From Tubulanus polymorphus (taxonomy: Eukaryota > Animalia > Nemertea): 64,000 bases of DNA. Shown piece by piece: positions 1 through 53,851 of this stretch (position 1 is its first letter; each line of letters opens with the position of its first letter). The position numbers and the translations under genes were made by a program. The stretch lies in contig NC_134036.1 in assembly GCF_964204645.1 (NCBI RefSeq), positions 620,001 to 684,000 of the forward strand, in the 5' to 3' direction. Under the pieces are notes generated by a model, which worked only from the letters and a program-made list of their open reading frames with translations, did no database searches and was not told where the DNA came from.

Positions 1-1350
1 CTAGAGGGGGATATGCGCTATTGCTGTGTGCATAATTCCAGATAGACGACACTAGAAATGTTCTGGTTCTCCTATCTCATAGTGCATTGAAATATCTAGG
101 CAATGGCGGGCTTCATTTTCTGGCGGCGGCAAGGCGACTTACTTACGAGTTTCGGTGCGGGCTTAATCGACGGCCGATATTTGAAACAAACAGCGGGCTT
201 CGATCACCGCAATCTAAATAATTCGGATTCGTTGGAATTTTCAATAAAAATGAGCGATAATCGGTCGAAACGGGGTCTCGAATCCGGCCGATCCGAGCCG
301 ACCCTCGATCGCCAGATCTGACCGAGTGGGAACGTTTTCGAACATGAGAAACGTTGTTCTAAGTAGTAGAGGCCGTTTCGGTGAGTATTTCGACTGGAAA
401 TTGTGTTTTCCTACGCTGTATTTTAGTTGCATTTATTTTGCTCTTTGTCTGACATTTATATATTTCAACATGGAGTCGGGAGGTGCGCGATCACGTGACC
501 GTCGTCGTCTGAATAAATTAGGTCAACCGACTTAGTATTTAACGATCGGCGCGCGCACCTGCAGTGTGGTTGACTGAGAAAATTCCAGTTGACTTCTGAT
601 GTCGCGTAAAGAGCATTCATTTAAAAAAATGAAAAAGAGGGGAAAAAAACGAAAAAAGTTGAAGCGAAATTTGCGAGAAAAAGCCGAACACATTTTGAAG
701 AATTCCGTGTTTCAATTTGAAAATTGCAGTTAGAAATGCGATTTAAACATCTAGTTAAATGCGGATTTCACTGATGACGATTATTAAAACCCTTTTTGTT
801 GAATGGAAAAAAGAAAATTTGGTTGAACCTAGTTAAGAAAAAAGACCTCGCACGAAACTTGAATTTTAATTATGTTCGATGATTTAATTATTCATTTTAA
901 TTAGTCCATTAGTTAAATTAGTTTTCGTAGATAATTTTGATACCATAAAAATGCTTACAATTCATTTTCTAAGGCCCTCAATTCGCCCGAGAAACCCTAA
1001 TTTAAAGAGCGCTCAGTTTTCGCGCCAGTCCGCAGCTAGAATACCTACGTCATTTCGGTAAACTTCCCGGCTCGATCTGTCATTGGTCGGTTTGAACTCG
1101 CGGACTGGCGAACGGTTTCTAACTCGATGATTGGTCGATTCGAACCGGTGCGCGTTCATGAATATTAATGAGTAGCGCGTCGGCAGGGGTGTCGGGTATT
1201 GAGTGAATAGAGTATACCCCTTATCCCGGGTTGTGTAGAGAGTATACACAGTGTACCGGTTCAGTTCGATTCTAACTCAAGCTACCGCTCTTGTTCGAGG
1301 CTTCATCTAAGTTGGATATTCAAGTTACAGCTACAGTTCAAAACGCCTAA

Positions 1351-5226
<3,876 letters not shown>

Positions 5227-6576
5227 CCGTGGAAACAACGTCTGATATTGTCTCACATCCTCATCATCTCGTGTATCATAGGCCCGTGTAAATAGTTCGG
5301 GGGTCGGGGGGTCATTAAACTCGCCGGGCGGGGTTCATGGTTCATCCTGTAGGTGGCGTTGCGGTCGAACTGTGTTCGCGCGTGTAATATAGTCGACGGA
5401 ATATAGATGGAGCCACACGCGACTTGTATATAGTTTATACCGGGAGCATACTGCGGCGAGTGAGGAGCATTATGTACAGTTGTTTATTATTATTATTATT
5501 TTAAACATTTAACGAAAACTCCGTAGAGAGAGAGACGGAGAGCGCGCGCGTCGACGTAACAATGATGTTCCGTTCCGGCCGTTGCCCGCGGCGACAGAAT
5601 GGAAGTTGGCGGAAAGTTAAAACTAAACGCGTTTCTCATCATCTTCTCTCGGGAAGTAGTTCAGTAACGTATCGCCAGATGGCAGCAGCTGATCGTACAC
5701 AGAAATTAAGCGATGAATCCTCCTCTGAAACTGAAATTATTTTGTTGCGATTCTTGTTATATTCGATAGCACATGAAATGTTAGATGTTTTCTTCTTTCT
5801 TCTTTTTTGAGAATGCGAAATAGTTGATCAATATATTTATTGAATTGAATTGGGAGAGTGAATTTACCGATGTGTCGGACCGATATTTGAATTTGAAAAT
5901 TGCACACGGTTAAACTCTGGTTAAGTCGTCGCGTTACTGAATTCATCTCAATTTTTGAGTCCCAATTTTGTATTATTTGCAATTCAATAAACAAAGTGCA
6001 AGTCTAGAGATAAGTCATCAATATGATAGATTGACTACGACGACTTAACCGGGGTTTGTGTCGACTGAAAAGCTGCTCCTGTTCCTATCAGCTGCTCCTG
6101 TTCCTATCGGCTGCTTTAAAGCTGCTCCTGTTCCTATCGGCTGCTTTAAAGCTGCTCCTGTTCCTATCGGCTGCTATCAGCTGCTGGCGTTGTTTTTCTA
6201 TTGTTTCTATCATTATTTAAACCGAAGGGAAACAATGCAAGGTTTTATACATTTTTAAATCGATATATCGCGAGTTTGAAATATATAATGATATAAGTAT
6301 AAAATTTAAAAAAAAACATGTTTTAATCGCGGAGAATGAAAGATGAATTATTGTAGACGAACATATCGATATTTGAGATGAGAATATTTGTTAAAATCTA
6401 AAAATCTTTCTGTGTTAGTATAGATCAGAATTCTTAACTAGCAGTCACTAGTAAGCACGAGGACTCCTTGCTGGTTACAGTAGTCCTTAGGACTTCTTGG
6501 TAGCTACTGTAGTATAGGAATGCTAAATAGTCACTAGGACTCCTTGGGTAGAATTCTCATGTGCAGTAGTCAACAG

Positions 6577-6722
6577 GACTGGGTTTCATAGATGTGGAAG
6601 AAAAAAAATGGTCCCTGAGAATGTTTCGAAATTCGTCAAGTTATTCCCATGGTTTCCTGTTGTTACAGTTTGAGGTTTCACCCCTAGGGATCACTTTGAT
6701 ACCCAGTCTATGAACCCGGGCC
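6577..6722. mobile_element. MITE, PIF/Harbinger-like
   Basis: Imperfect TIRs GACTGGGTTTCATAGA / TCTATGAACCCGGGCC, flanked by CAG on both sides. Confidence 0.55.
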
Positions 6723-7069
6723 CAGGACTTAAAGTCACTAGGATTCCTAACTTTGTTGACCGATATTTTTTAATTTTTTTTTTGATAAAGTGAAATAACG
6801 CAGGTATTTTATCTACCATCTGGAACCATTCCCACCCAGCAGCACAGATTTATCTGGTGTTTCTTGTCGAGCTCTTCGGGGCAAAGTAAAGTTGCACGTG
6901 CATTATTTCAATCTCTCTAGTGATTACTATAAATGGTCCGAGCCTTGTGTGTATGCGGTGATGTCACTAGATTTTGCCGTCGATGTTTGTTTTTTTTTTT
7001 CTCACCGAGAACGACCTATAATAAATGAATAAAATCTATATATTTGTTGTACGACGAATGATTTAATAT

Positions 7070-7106
<37 letters not shown>

Positions 7107-7433
7107 TAATGAAGAATTATTAATTTTGAAAACCCACGAATACTGAACTAAAACAACTGTAAAATATATCTATGAAATCAATGACAAATGTTTTTCTTAT
7201 TGTGTCATCGAAAATCAATTGAAAAAAAACTTTTATATAAACTGAATTTCGAGATTTTCTTGGTCATGTCTCTGTCGGGATTCGTCTTGTCGTTTCATGA
7301 GTTAAATCGTCACTTGGAGAAGTTCTGGAGCATTCTTATCTCTTGTCGGATCCGTTGGGGTATTTCAAGCATTTCTGTTGGCCTATTGGCGACCCCACAG
7401 TTAAGGTACAGCCTAGTTCGGTTCTTGGCCCAT

Positions 7434-7540
7434 TACACCGTACGGTGCTGCTCGAATTTTGACGTGCGCAAAACGGGAACTAAAATCAAATTAGTTTACG
7501 ATTTTCACACGGTGAATTCCGAGCAGCACCGTACGGTGTA
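7434..7540. mobile_element. Short foldback element (MITE)
   Basis: Perfect 21-bp inverted repeat TACACCGTACGGTGCTGCTCG (7434-7454) / CGAGCAGCACCGTACGGTGTA (7520-7540). Confidence 0.65.
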
Positions 7541-7559
7541 CACAGCCCGCACAGCCACT

Positions 7560-7720
7560 TTTCGTTAGTTCCTTAATTTCGCGGCCACTTCCGCTCGTAT
7601 TCGTTAGCTCTTTATTTTAGCGCATTTTACTTTTTGTTAAATACTTTTCTTTGCGCCAAATCATTTGCTGTACCAGTTATGTATTTTTGATAAAGGCCAA
7701 CATTCGTTCCATCCGTTCAG
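7560..7720 (+). promoter_or_regulatory. NAXE: Putative NAXE promoter A and non-coding exon 1A
   Basis: ETS-type CACTTCCG at 7586; donor CAG|GTATCT at 7720/7721; matching acceptor ttattacag at 8541. TSS not determinable. Confidence 0.5.
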
Positions 7721-8566
7721 GTATCTATTTTGTTCTCGGAGTAGCTTTTGAACTGAGCCGGGTCAATAAAAAAGTCAAATTCGGATTTGAGTTGATTTCG
7801 TGCCGGTCCGATCGATCGCGGTTAAAAAAAACCCTAAAATCTCGCCGTAACTGACATTTAAAGTAAGGGAATTTCGATATCTAAACGTCCAATTTATTGC
7901 AGATGTTGTTTCCTATCGTTTGACCAGGAATTCACGTGTTGTCATCGAGTTTTAACCGGTTGTGAAGTGGCATTAACACTCCACTCAATTCTCTCTGTCC
8001 GTCCAGTCCTCTCTGGGGCACCAGTCACTATCTGCGTCACTAAAACTGCCTACTCTATAGTCAATTAACCAAGACTGATTGAATGAAGTCGCTGCACCGT
8101 GACCTGACTGCCTTGCACTGTGAAAGTTGATCACCTGTCACAGCGTAGCTGTTTGGGGTTTGCGTTTACAGACATGGTGCTCAACAATGAACGGAACAAA
8201 TTTTATGTTTATCCTGTCCCCTTTTCTAGGATATATCCAGGCCAGATCCACTGGATAGCCCTTAATGCAGTTAACTAAGAATATCTCACAAGAACTGGGC
8301 CTTCCCTGTACTTACCTGGGGTCCAGAAAACCGAAATTAATCTTTGATCTCTTGATCTCTTTTAAGTCAAAGACCAGTCTTAAAGTTGGATACAGGCCCA
8401 GCACAAATCTTAGACTTAACTTAAATCTAAGCCTTAACTGTGACCTATAATCGACCCTTAAAGATCCCTGACGACATTAATTGATATAATTAACAAATGT
8501 GACCAAAACGAAAATATTTGCATATAATTTATTTATTACAGAAAAATTGAAAAGGATTTAGGACTG

Positions 8567-45648
<37,082 letters not shown>

Positions 45649-46544
45649 ATTAATACATCGGCGAACACCGGGTGGCGCCACTATACGTGCGGTTTTATCG
45701 CGTCGAAATAAGTTCTGTTCTCTGCTTTAAATCGTGTGTCGTTGAGGCGGGCAGTCTAATCGCGTCTGCTCGGTGAGGTACCGCGGAGATCCGCCAGGTG
45801 TCGCCACTGGTTTTCAACTTTCTTCCATATTTCTTCTGCGTTTCGATTAAACTTTCACCTTCAATTAAATCAGTGATATCTTTACTGATTGGGAATCTTT
45901 GAGATTTGTTTGATATTTGGATCGTCGAAGTTCGTTGATTACGACTAAGCCTATGTAAAAACTGACCGTATTGTCGCGCCATCTGGTGTGTACTGTCGGT
46001 ATCTTATTCGGTAAAATAGTTGACTCTGTTTGCCTCCGATCTGCGTGAAAATAAATGTAAAAAACAAATCCCATCACGAAAAATTATCTAGAGGATTGAG
46101 TTTAAGAATCCAATAGATGCAGTGAAAACAGCGCCATACATGTAGAAATTGAATGAGGTCGCCGTGTTGGTCGTGGACATACTTGATGAACTCTCCCCGA
46201 CGACGGAGCATTGTCTCTACGTTTATTGCGATGTTTTCATTAACACCTATAACTGACGATGAATACCTCAACCAGAATAAAACTACTGTTTGCATGATGC
46301 TGATTCGTAAATTGCACAAACTATATCGTAAATTGCTATTATTATCATTATAGCGATATATCTAAATATACCGCGTTCAAACAAAGCTGAATTAATTTCG
46401 ATGATTGGTGGATTAAATACAGCTTAAAACAGATTGTTGTTGATTGTTCTCGACAACATAGCGACCATTTGATCGATGATAGAAATGTATAGCTACTGAG
46501 CCAGTAGCGTAGCAACCAGCCTTGATGCGTATCGGTCATTTCCA

Positions 46545-46897
46545 TAGTAACTGTAACTATAGCTTCCTGTTGCTGATTGGTTAATAGCATAGAAATAGTA
46601 ACTATATGTTACTGATTGGTCAGTTCCATAGCAACTACAGCTGGCTCTTACCGATTGGTCAGTTCCATAGCAACTACAGCTGGCTCTTACCGATTGGTCA
46701 GTTCCATAGCAACTACAGCTGGCTCTTACCAATTGGTCAGTTCCATAGCAACTACAGCTGGCTCTTACCGATTGGTCAGTTCCATAGCAACTATAGCTGG
46801 CTTTTACTAATTGGTCAGTTCCATAGCAACTACAGCTGACTCTTAATACTGATTACCGATTGGTCAGCTCCATAGCAACTACAGCTGCGTTTGATTG
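46545..46897. repeat. 39-bp minisatellite, ~7 copies, with CCAAT and RFX-like motifs
   Basis: Unit GATTGGTCAGTTCCATAGCAACTACAGCTGGCTCTTACC. Confidence 0.92.
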
Positions 46898-49800
46898 GTA
46901 GATAATAATAAATAATACAATCAGGTGATTGGTCGGTTGTTATTTGGTGTTTGGATTGAATTGATATTTGTATAATTAATTAAGGCTTGTACATTTTTCT
47001 CAAAATGCTGAATCGTGTTCTTATTTTATACAGAATTTTATCTGAAGAGATGTGTTTTTTTTTCTTGCTCAAGTTCATCTTCTTGCACTTAATGTTAATG
47101 TTTTCAACGGTGAATAGGATGGTAATCTCTATAGGGCTGGGCGAGGGCGGGCCTGGGGTAATCTCGATAAGACCGGGCTGTGGTAATCTCGATAGGACCG
47201 GACGAAGGCCGGGCTGGGGTATACTTGTTGCACCACTAACACCAGGTATCGATCTCAATGAGCAAAACTTGCGGTTGACAATTTAACAATTTGACATTTT
47301 CAGTCAAAAGTAAGTTTTTTAGCTTTTAAGTTTGGTAAAAACTTCTAAACAATCAGAATACATTGTTAAATGATCGATTGTGGATTTAGCTCATTAAATC
47401 TGAAATACTGCGAATGATATCAGTCTCGTGAGAGTCAAATTTCAATGTACAGCCTGTAGGCTATCTTATAGAGGAGGCATGCGCTGTTTTCAGGCTCCAG
47501 ATCGGTTATAACCTTGCACTAGTTTCACTAACTGCAACCTTCACATTTTCAACTGGTGTTAAATTTTGAATGCGGTGAAACTGTGCTCTCTACTGGTAAC
47601 GTATTTGAGATCTATAGATTATACGGGCCCCGCGAATATAGCTTTAACTTTCTCTACGCCTTGCATGCGTATGCGAGGTAGGGATGGGTTTTTTCAATCA
47701 TTTTTTCTTTCTTTTTGGAAACTAGTGAATCAATAATCAAATATTTATAAACGCAAAGAGTTTAAAGGCTATTTATGTCTATTTATTAATTATGCATGGT
47801 CAAAATATCATTATTATCATTATTCAATGTGTCAATGAGATTTCGAATAAATAAATCAATAACATTTCAACTGGATCGATTGTTGGAATTTTTTGAATTT
47901 AGGTTTTATGTAGAGATGTAGAGTAGGGCCCAGTTTCACCAAAAATAAAAATGCTTTCAGAATTTAAACTCAAATGTTCAGTTTAGTTTCTTATGACAAT
48001 TCCAATTTGATATTTGTAGGCGTAAAGAGATTTTTGGTGAAACCCGCCCCACTATTGGCAAGTATTGAATTGTTTTCTCTGAATCCGGTTCTACAGTCCT
48101 GAGGTTTTGACGAATTTGAAATAAAGCAGGTGCGTTGCGAGGGTTTTTTGATTGCCCGCGGCCAATTGCCGATTTTTGCCAGGTTCTAATAATATGTCGC
48201 TGCGGCGAATTTACTTAAATTTCGTCGAGAACATGATATTCAAAGGAAAAGACAAATTCAGTAAATTATTGCGGCTGCAATCGCTGCAGATCCAACGTCC
48301 CTGTAAGGTGATTTCAGTTCTGAACCTGACAACTGTGGAACTGGGCGACTCTTGACTGATCGGTGCTTGGAGTGATTATTTAACAAACGTTTACTCGAAG
48401 TCTGGTGTGACGCAATATGAAAGACGCTGATCCTAAGAATGGATGGTTTTCAATGCTCCACTAATTTGGAAAATTGGAAAAAGGTCTATCCTCTGTGGTA
48501 GGCCTATGAAAGTAAAAATCTTAATTTCTACAGGTTCCCAAGGTCTAATTCCTTCTTGCAATCAACAGCTTCGACAGAGACGCGCATCAATTCGGGGCAA
48601 ATAAATATGAGTGAAATTTATTCGTCCCGTAATAAAGTACAAACTACTGTGTTTGTAGAATATATTTAATGGGCAGAAAAAATTCGGTAATAAAACTTAA
48701 TTTGCTTGAAATTCTTCCTGTGGCATGTGAGTTGTCAAACTACGCCGTCGCCGCTTTAACCGGATGTTAATACGCTCGCTGAGCAAAGAGTTCTAGTAAA
48801 AGTGGTTTAAAAATCGTTAGCAAAAGCGAATCCTCTTGAATAAAACTTTAACGTTGATATAATTATTCATTTTAAAACAGACTATTCTTGAATAATGAAT
48901 GAAATTTCACTTTAAAAAGGTATCGGTTTCCTTGCATGCCACAGTAGATTAGCGCGGCTTGGTTAGATCGCAACCGTACAGTGCTGCCCCTACGAATAAC
49001 GATAGCGGAATTTCTGTGAACTAAAATAGCGGTGTTTATTTACCGACGGAATATAAATGACCTTATCACGTAAAATACAGACCAGCATGTTTTCATTTAA
49101 ACTCATTCTTTGATATTTAATACAATATTGCCACTTTAGGCAATTTCAGTGCCGTTTTCAAAAGTCTGCGCGTTACCCGGCCCGCAAATCGGTAATTAGT
49201 CCGTCCACTGAGGCCGTTCGAAGACTCTGGCAAGCGAGTATAAAGTTAGTTCTAGTTTTCCCCGCTATCGTTTAACACAGGGGCAGCACTAGATGGTTGA
49301 TAAGTAACTCCGGCTATTTGTTTACCGCGGCAAGCGAACATCTTCTATAAATTGATTAATGTGATAAGTTTGATTTATTAATTGAATATTTCAGTGTTTT
49401 ATCACAGGTCGATGTCATATGAAATATAACTTTTGATTTTGCATTGAAACTGGAGGCTGTAGCTTGTGTGGTAGGTCAAGTGTGGAGCCGGCGGCCATTT
49501 TCTAAATGTAGCGTGGTCCAAGGAAAGAAGAAACACGTTCTTGTTCCGTTTTTGACTTCAATTTACTGTAGAACAACCACTCTAATTCGAAAATCATCAT
49601 CACAGGTACGTTATCGATAGAACCCCAGAAACCGTATCGCAAACCAGCGTCAGCGAGAACCCCCACAACGAAAATAGAAATACCCATACAAATTTACTAG
49701 AATTCTTGTTAGAAAAATGGCCTAGATTTAGAAAAATTGTCAGGTGATTAGTTTTTTGAGTTGTTTTGAAGAGTGTGCGAAGTTTGGGAATCCGTGAATC

Positions 49801-49959
49801 GACTACCTACAGCCATTCAAAGGCTCTGGCAAGCGAGTACTGTAATTGAGGTTCATATTTTCCCCGCTGCTGAATATTTTCAGACTTTATTATAATATAT
49901 TCAGTATTATTGTGAGACTCTCCACGATAGTGATCATCGTTACTGATGCATTACGATCA

Positions 49960-50256
49960 AGGGCGTTTAACCTTGTTGCGTTGATGCGTTAGAAATAATT
50001 ATTTTTATCGTAATCTACGTAAAAACTTCGCAGGGTCGCCATCTTTATTATCCATAATGCAACTGTTTTACCCACGATCCAATGCGCGTCCCTCGTCCGT
50101 ACAGAAAGGCGTTTAACCTTGTTGCGTTGATGCATTAGAAATAATTATTTTTATCGTAATCTACGTAAAAACTTCGCAGGGTCGCCATCTGTTTTATCCA
50201 TAATGCAACTGTTTTACCCATGATCCAATGCGCGTCCCTCGTCCGTACAGAAAGGC
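49960..50256. repeat. ~146-bp direct tandem duplication
   Basis: GGCGTTTAACCTTGTTGCG at 49962 and 50108. Confidence 0.93.
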
Positions 50257-51449
50257 GGGAAACGTTCACTATCTACGTAAAATCTCAATCAATACTTGGA
50301 GGTCAGGTGATCGATGTCACAGCAATCGGCTGAAGAGGTATTCGGTTATTTTCGACAGAGCACTCATGCCCCGCCAGACGATGCTTAAACAGTGTCGATG
50401 TTGTCTAAAAATCATTTACAATTGAAATTATGGGCGTTTCTCGCATTTCAGCTGATTAAAATTGACACCTCGGAACGAACTTCGGCAATCGTCGGCAGTT
50501 TTTGGCTGTCCCGATATTTGCGGGTAGATTTCATTTAAGCATTGCGAGAACGTTTCCTGATAGTATAGAGGGGCACCCATTGCATTATGGGTAAATTCAT
50601 TATAAAACATGGCCGATGATTGAAGTAGGAATAGTAATATCACTCGTGAAATATTGAGTATTTCTTAAATTACCAGTCCTCCCGAGTCCCACCTGACACT
50701 CTCTGTTAATGTAATTCTCAATTTTGTTTCAATTTTATATTTCAGGTTTTCCTTTCCGGACTGTCGTGTATAAACTTCATCATGAATACTCGATGTGGAC
50801 TTCATGCAACTGAAATGCGACTTGGATCAACTTACCGGACCACTAGTGAACTTACCGGACCACTAGTGAACTTACCAGACTACTAGTGAACTTACCGGAC
50901 CAACTTACCGGACCACTAGGTTACTTACCGGACCACTAGTGAACTTACTGGACTCTATGCGAAGTAACTGGACTATATCTGAACTAAATGGACCACTTGT
51001 GAACTTAGCGGACTATAAATGGATTGATACTCGTGAAAAACAGTCAGTGGTGGACTCCTGGAGATGTGGAACTCTGATGTGGAATTGTGGAACTCAGTTG
51101 ACTATTGGTCAACTTACCGGACTATATCTGAACTAAGTGGACTATTAGTCAACTTGCCAGACTATAAGTGGATTGATACTCGTGAAAAACAGTCAGTGGT
51201 GGACTCCTGGAGATGCGGAACTCTGATGTGGAATTGTGGATTTCTGATGTGGAATTGTGGAACTCAGTTGACTATTGGTCAACTACCGGACTATATCTGA
51301 ACTAACTGGACTATAAGTGGATTGATACTCGTAAAAAAACAGTCAGTGGTGGACTCCAGGAGGTGTGGAAATCTGTATGTGGATTTGTGGAACTCGGTGG
51401 ACAGCTAGACAAAGGAGGAGACTTGTGTGAGTAGAATTTTCTAAAGATT

Positions 51450-52154
51450 TATTGAATATTTGGCATCAGCACAAAAAAAAACCATTATCTGGACCATATT
51501 TCATCAAAAGTTTAAGGGTCAAAACACGAAAACCTGAATATCTCATTTTATGAGCCTTGGATCCAAAAACTAACTTCATTTTCGTGTTCAGCACCCCAAA
51601 AAACATGTCTGTACTAAATTTTATTATAATTGGGCCAAAAAAAAATTTTGACTTTGTACCCCATTTTTGGGGTGCATATTTTGGGCATTAAAACCCTTAT
51701 TTGGCCGTGAAGATGAATTCCGATTCAAAATCTGATTGCATATCCGGAATCTACACCACAGAATACATCTTGCTACCAAGTTTCGAAGGAATCGGAGAAA
51801 AAAAAATTTTTGTCCGAAAAAAACTCCTGGACTAACACCTTAGATTTTTGCCATTTTTGGCCAAAAAATCGAATCTCTTCGATTTGCTTCAAATTTTAGT
51901 CCCTAATATTTTCAGGGGTGCTGATTCCAAATCTGCAATCAGATTTCGAATATCTCGAAAATTCTGGGGTCCAAGGCCTTTTGAAAATTTTGGGGGTCCC
52001 CCAAAAATTTGAAATTCTCTTTTTTGGGGCCTCGGATCCGAAAAATTCTTTCAGGTTTGTGATCAGCACCCCAGAATACATGTCTATACTAAATATCATC
52101 GAAATCAGAGACAAAATTTTTTTGACCCCTGACCTCATTTCAGGGGCTACTTAA
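51450..52154. mobile_element. Non-autonomous DNA transposon remnant in a putative intron
   Basis: Repeated TCAGCACCCC..AACATGTCT.TACTAAAT motifs in both orientations; ends CAGGGGCTAC|TTAA; other terminus not identified. Confidence 0.45.
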
Positions 52155-52354
52155 GATTGCCTTATCTCAACTTAGACTTAACTCAGACTTTGTGTATTTG
52201 ATTCAAAAGTATTCTCAAAGTGTTTATTGTGTGTTTCTCTCCCTATAATTTGCTCATTCTCCTTGTTAATATGATTCTCTTGCCTATATCAATTTTATTC
52301 GATTTCGTGTTTCAGGTTTTCCTCTCTGGGCTGTTGTGTTAACTTCATCATGAA

Positions 52355-52692
52355 TACTGGACTACATGTTAACTTACCGGTCTACTAGTGAACTTACCAG
52401 ACTACTAGTGAACTTACCAGACTACTGGTGAACTTACCGGACTACTGGTGAACTTACCAGACTACTAGTGAACTTACCGGACTACTAGTGAACTTACCGG
52501 ACTACTAGTGAACTTACCGGACTACTAGTGAACTTACCGGACTACTAGTGAACTTACCGGTCAACAAGTGAACTTACCAGACTACTAGTGAACTTACCGG
52601 ACTACTAGTGAACTTACCAGACTACTAGTGAACTTACCGGTCAACAAGTGAACTTACCAGACTACTAGTGAACTTACCGGACTACTAGTGAA
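52355..52692. repeat. 20-bp minisatellite, 16 copies (related copies 50828-50950)
   Basis: Unit GTGAACTTACCGGACTACTA. Confidence 0.95.
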
Positions 52693-53003
52693 TGTTATCT
52701 GCTAGACAAGGGAGACGCTGTGTGAGTAGAATATTCAGAACTGGTCTATGAACTGGTCTCCTCCTCATAATGTGTTTCTCTAGCGACTCTTTCAATTTTA
52801 TATTTCAGGTTTTCCTCTCTGGGACTTTGAACAGACTTCTTCATGAACTCAGGGACTTCAACTCTCTACTCTTCTCTGCACTATTAGTGAACAGACTTCT
52901 TCATGAACTCAGGGACTTCAACTCTCTACTCTTCTCCGAACAGAAAATCTCCGACTAAGTTATGTGTGAGTTTTTATTCAGTTCAAACCCATTTCTCAGT
53001 ATA

Positions 53004-53118
53004 CAGTAGACTCTGATCTAACTAGGACACATTTTACCATTGATCTTACATTACAATTAAGTCTATTTGGGCTTGTAGTCCTCATGTAGGACACATTTTA
53101 CCATAGCAGAGTCTACTG
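53004..53118. mobile_element. TA-flanked MITE (Tc1/mariner-like termini) with degenerate copies to ~53390
   Basis: TA|CAGTAGACTCTG ... CAGAGTCTACTG|TA. Confidence 0.65.
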
Positions 53119-53851
53119 TATGTTACCAAACCCTTTTCTCAATGTACAGTAGACTTTGATCTAACTAGGACACATTTTACCATAGCAGAGTCTACTGTAT
53201 GTTACCAAACCCTTTTCTCAATGTACAGTAGAATTTGATCTAACTAGGACACATTTTACCATAGATCTGCCTTGTCTACTGTATATTACCAAACCCATTT
53301 CTCAGTAATACAACACATTTTACCATAGCTAAGGCTACTTGGGCAAGCCCTCATCTAGCTAGGTCACACAACCACCTTGAGCAGAGTCCTGTATCAAACC
53401 CAGACGGCACCAAGAAAAGTGAAATAACAATATGATGTATTTATGTATACGATTTATTTTAATAAAAATTTTTTACAAAAAAAACAATTACAGCCCCCCC
53501 TTAATTTTTTGGAAAAAAACAAATAAAGTCCCCCTTCTTTTAAACCCCCCCCCCCGGTGGGGGGGCAGGGGGGTCTCTCAGGCCCATCAATCTAATCCAC
53601 GAGATGGGGGAGGAGACCCTTTTATCTGAGATCTAATGATCAAATCTGAACAATAAGGTTTTTGACTGGTTTCTGTAAGCTTGGCATCTGAAGCCGGTTG
53701 GCTTGGATTCAGCTTGCTAGTGGTTTCTGTGAGCTTGGCTGTTCCTGGTTTCATCTGAAGCCGGTTGGCTTGGATTCAGCTTACTAGTGGTTTCTGTGAG
53801 GGTTGGCTGGTCTAGGTTTCATCTGTGAGACCTGCAAAAAGGATTGTAATG

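Larger units (their letters stand above)
50746..52965 (+). ncRNA. Putative spliced lncRNA; paralogous exons 50746-51426, 52316-52721, 52809-52965
   Basis: Three acceptors tttcag|GTTTTCCT and three donors TGT|GTGAGT in homologous context; stops in all frames. Transcription not shown. Confidence 0.55.

Noticed and set aside
51896-52154. Overlapping ORFs in the transposon-like segment
   Set aside because: No transposase motifs; short ORFs in a non-autonomous repeat.
53490-53625. G/C homopolymer-rich stretch, possible G-quadruplex
   Set aside because: The run of mixed homopolymers could be low-quality sequence; cannot be interpreted without reads.
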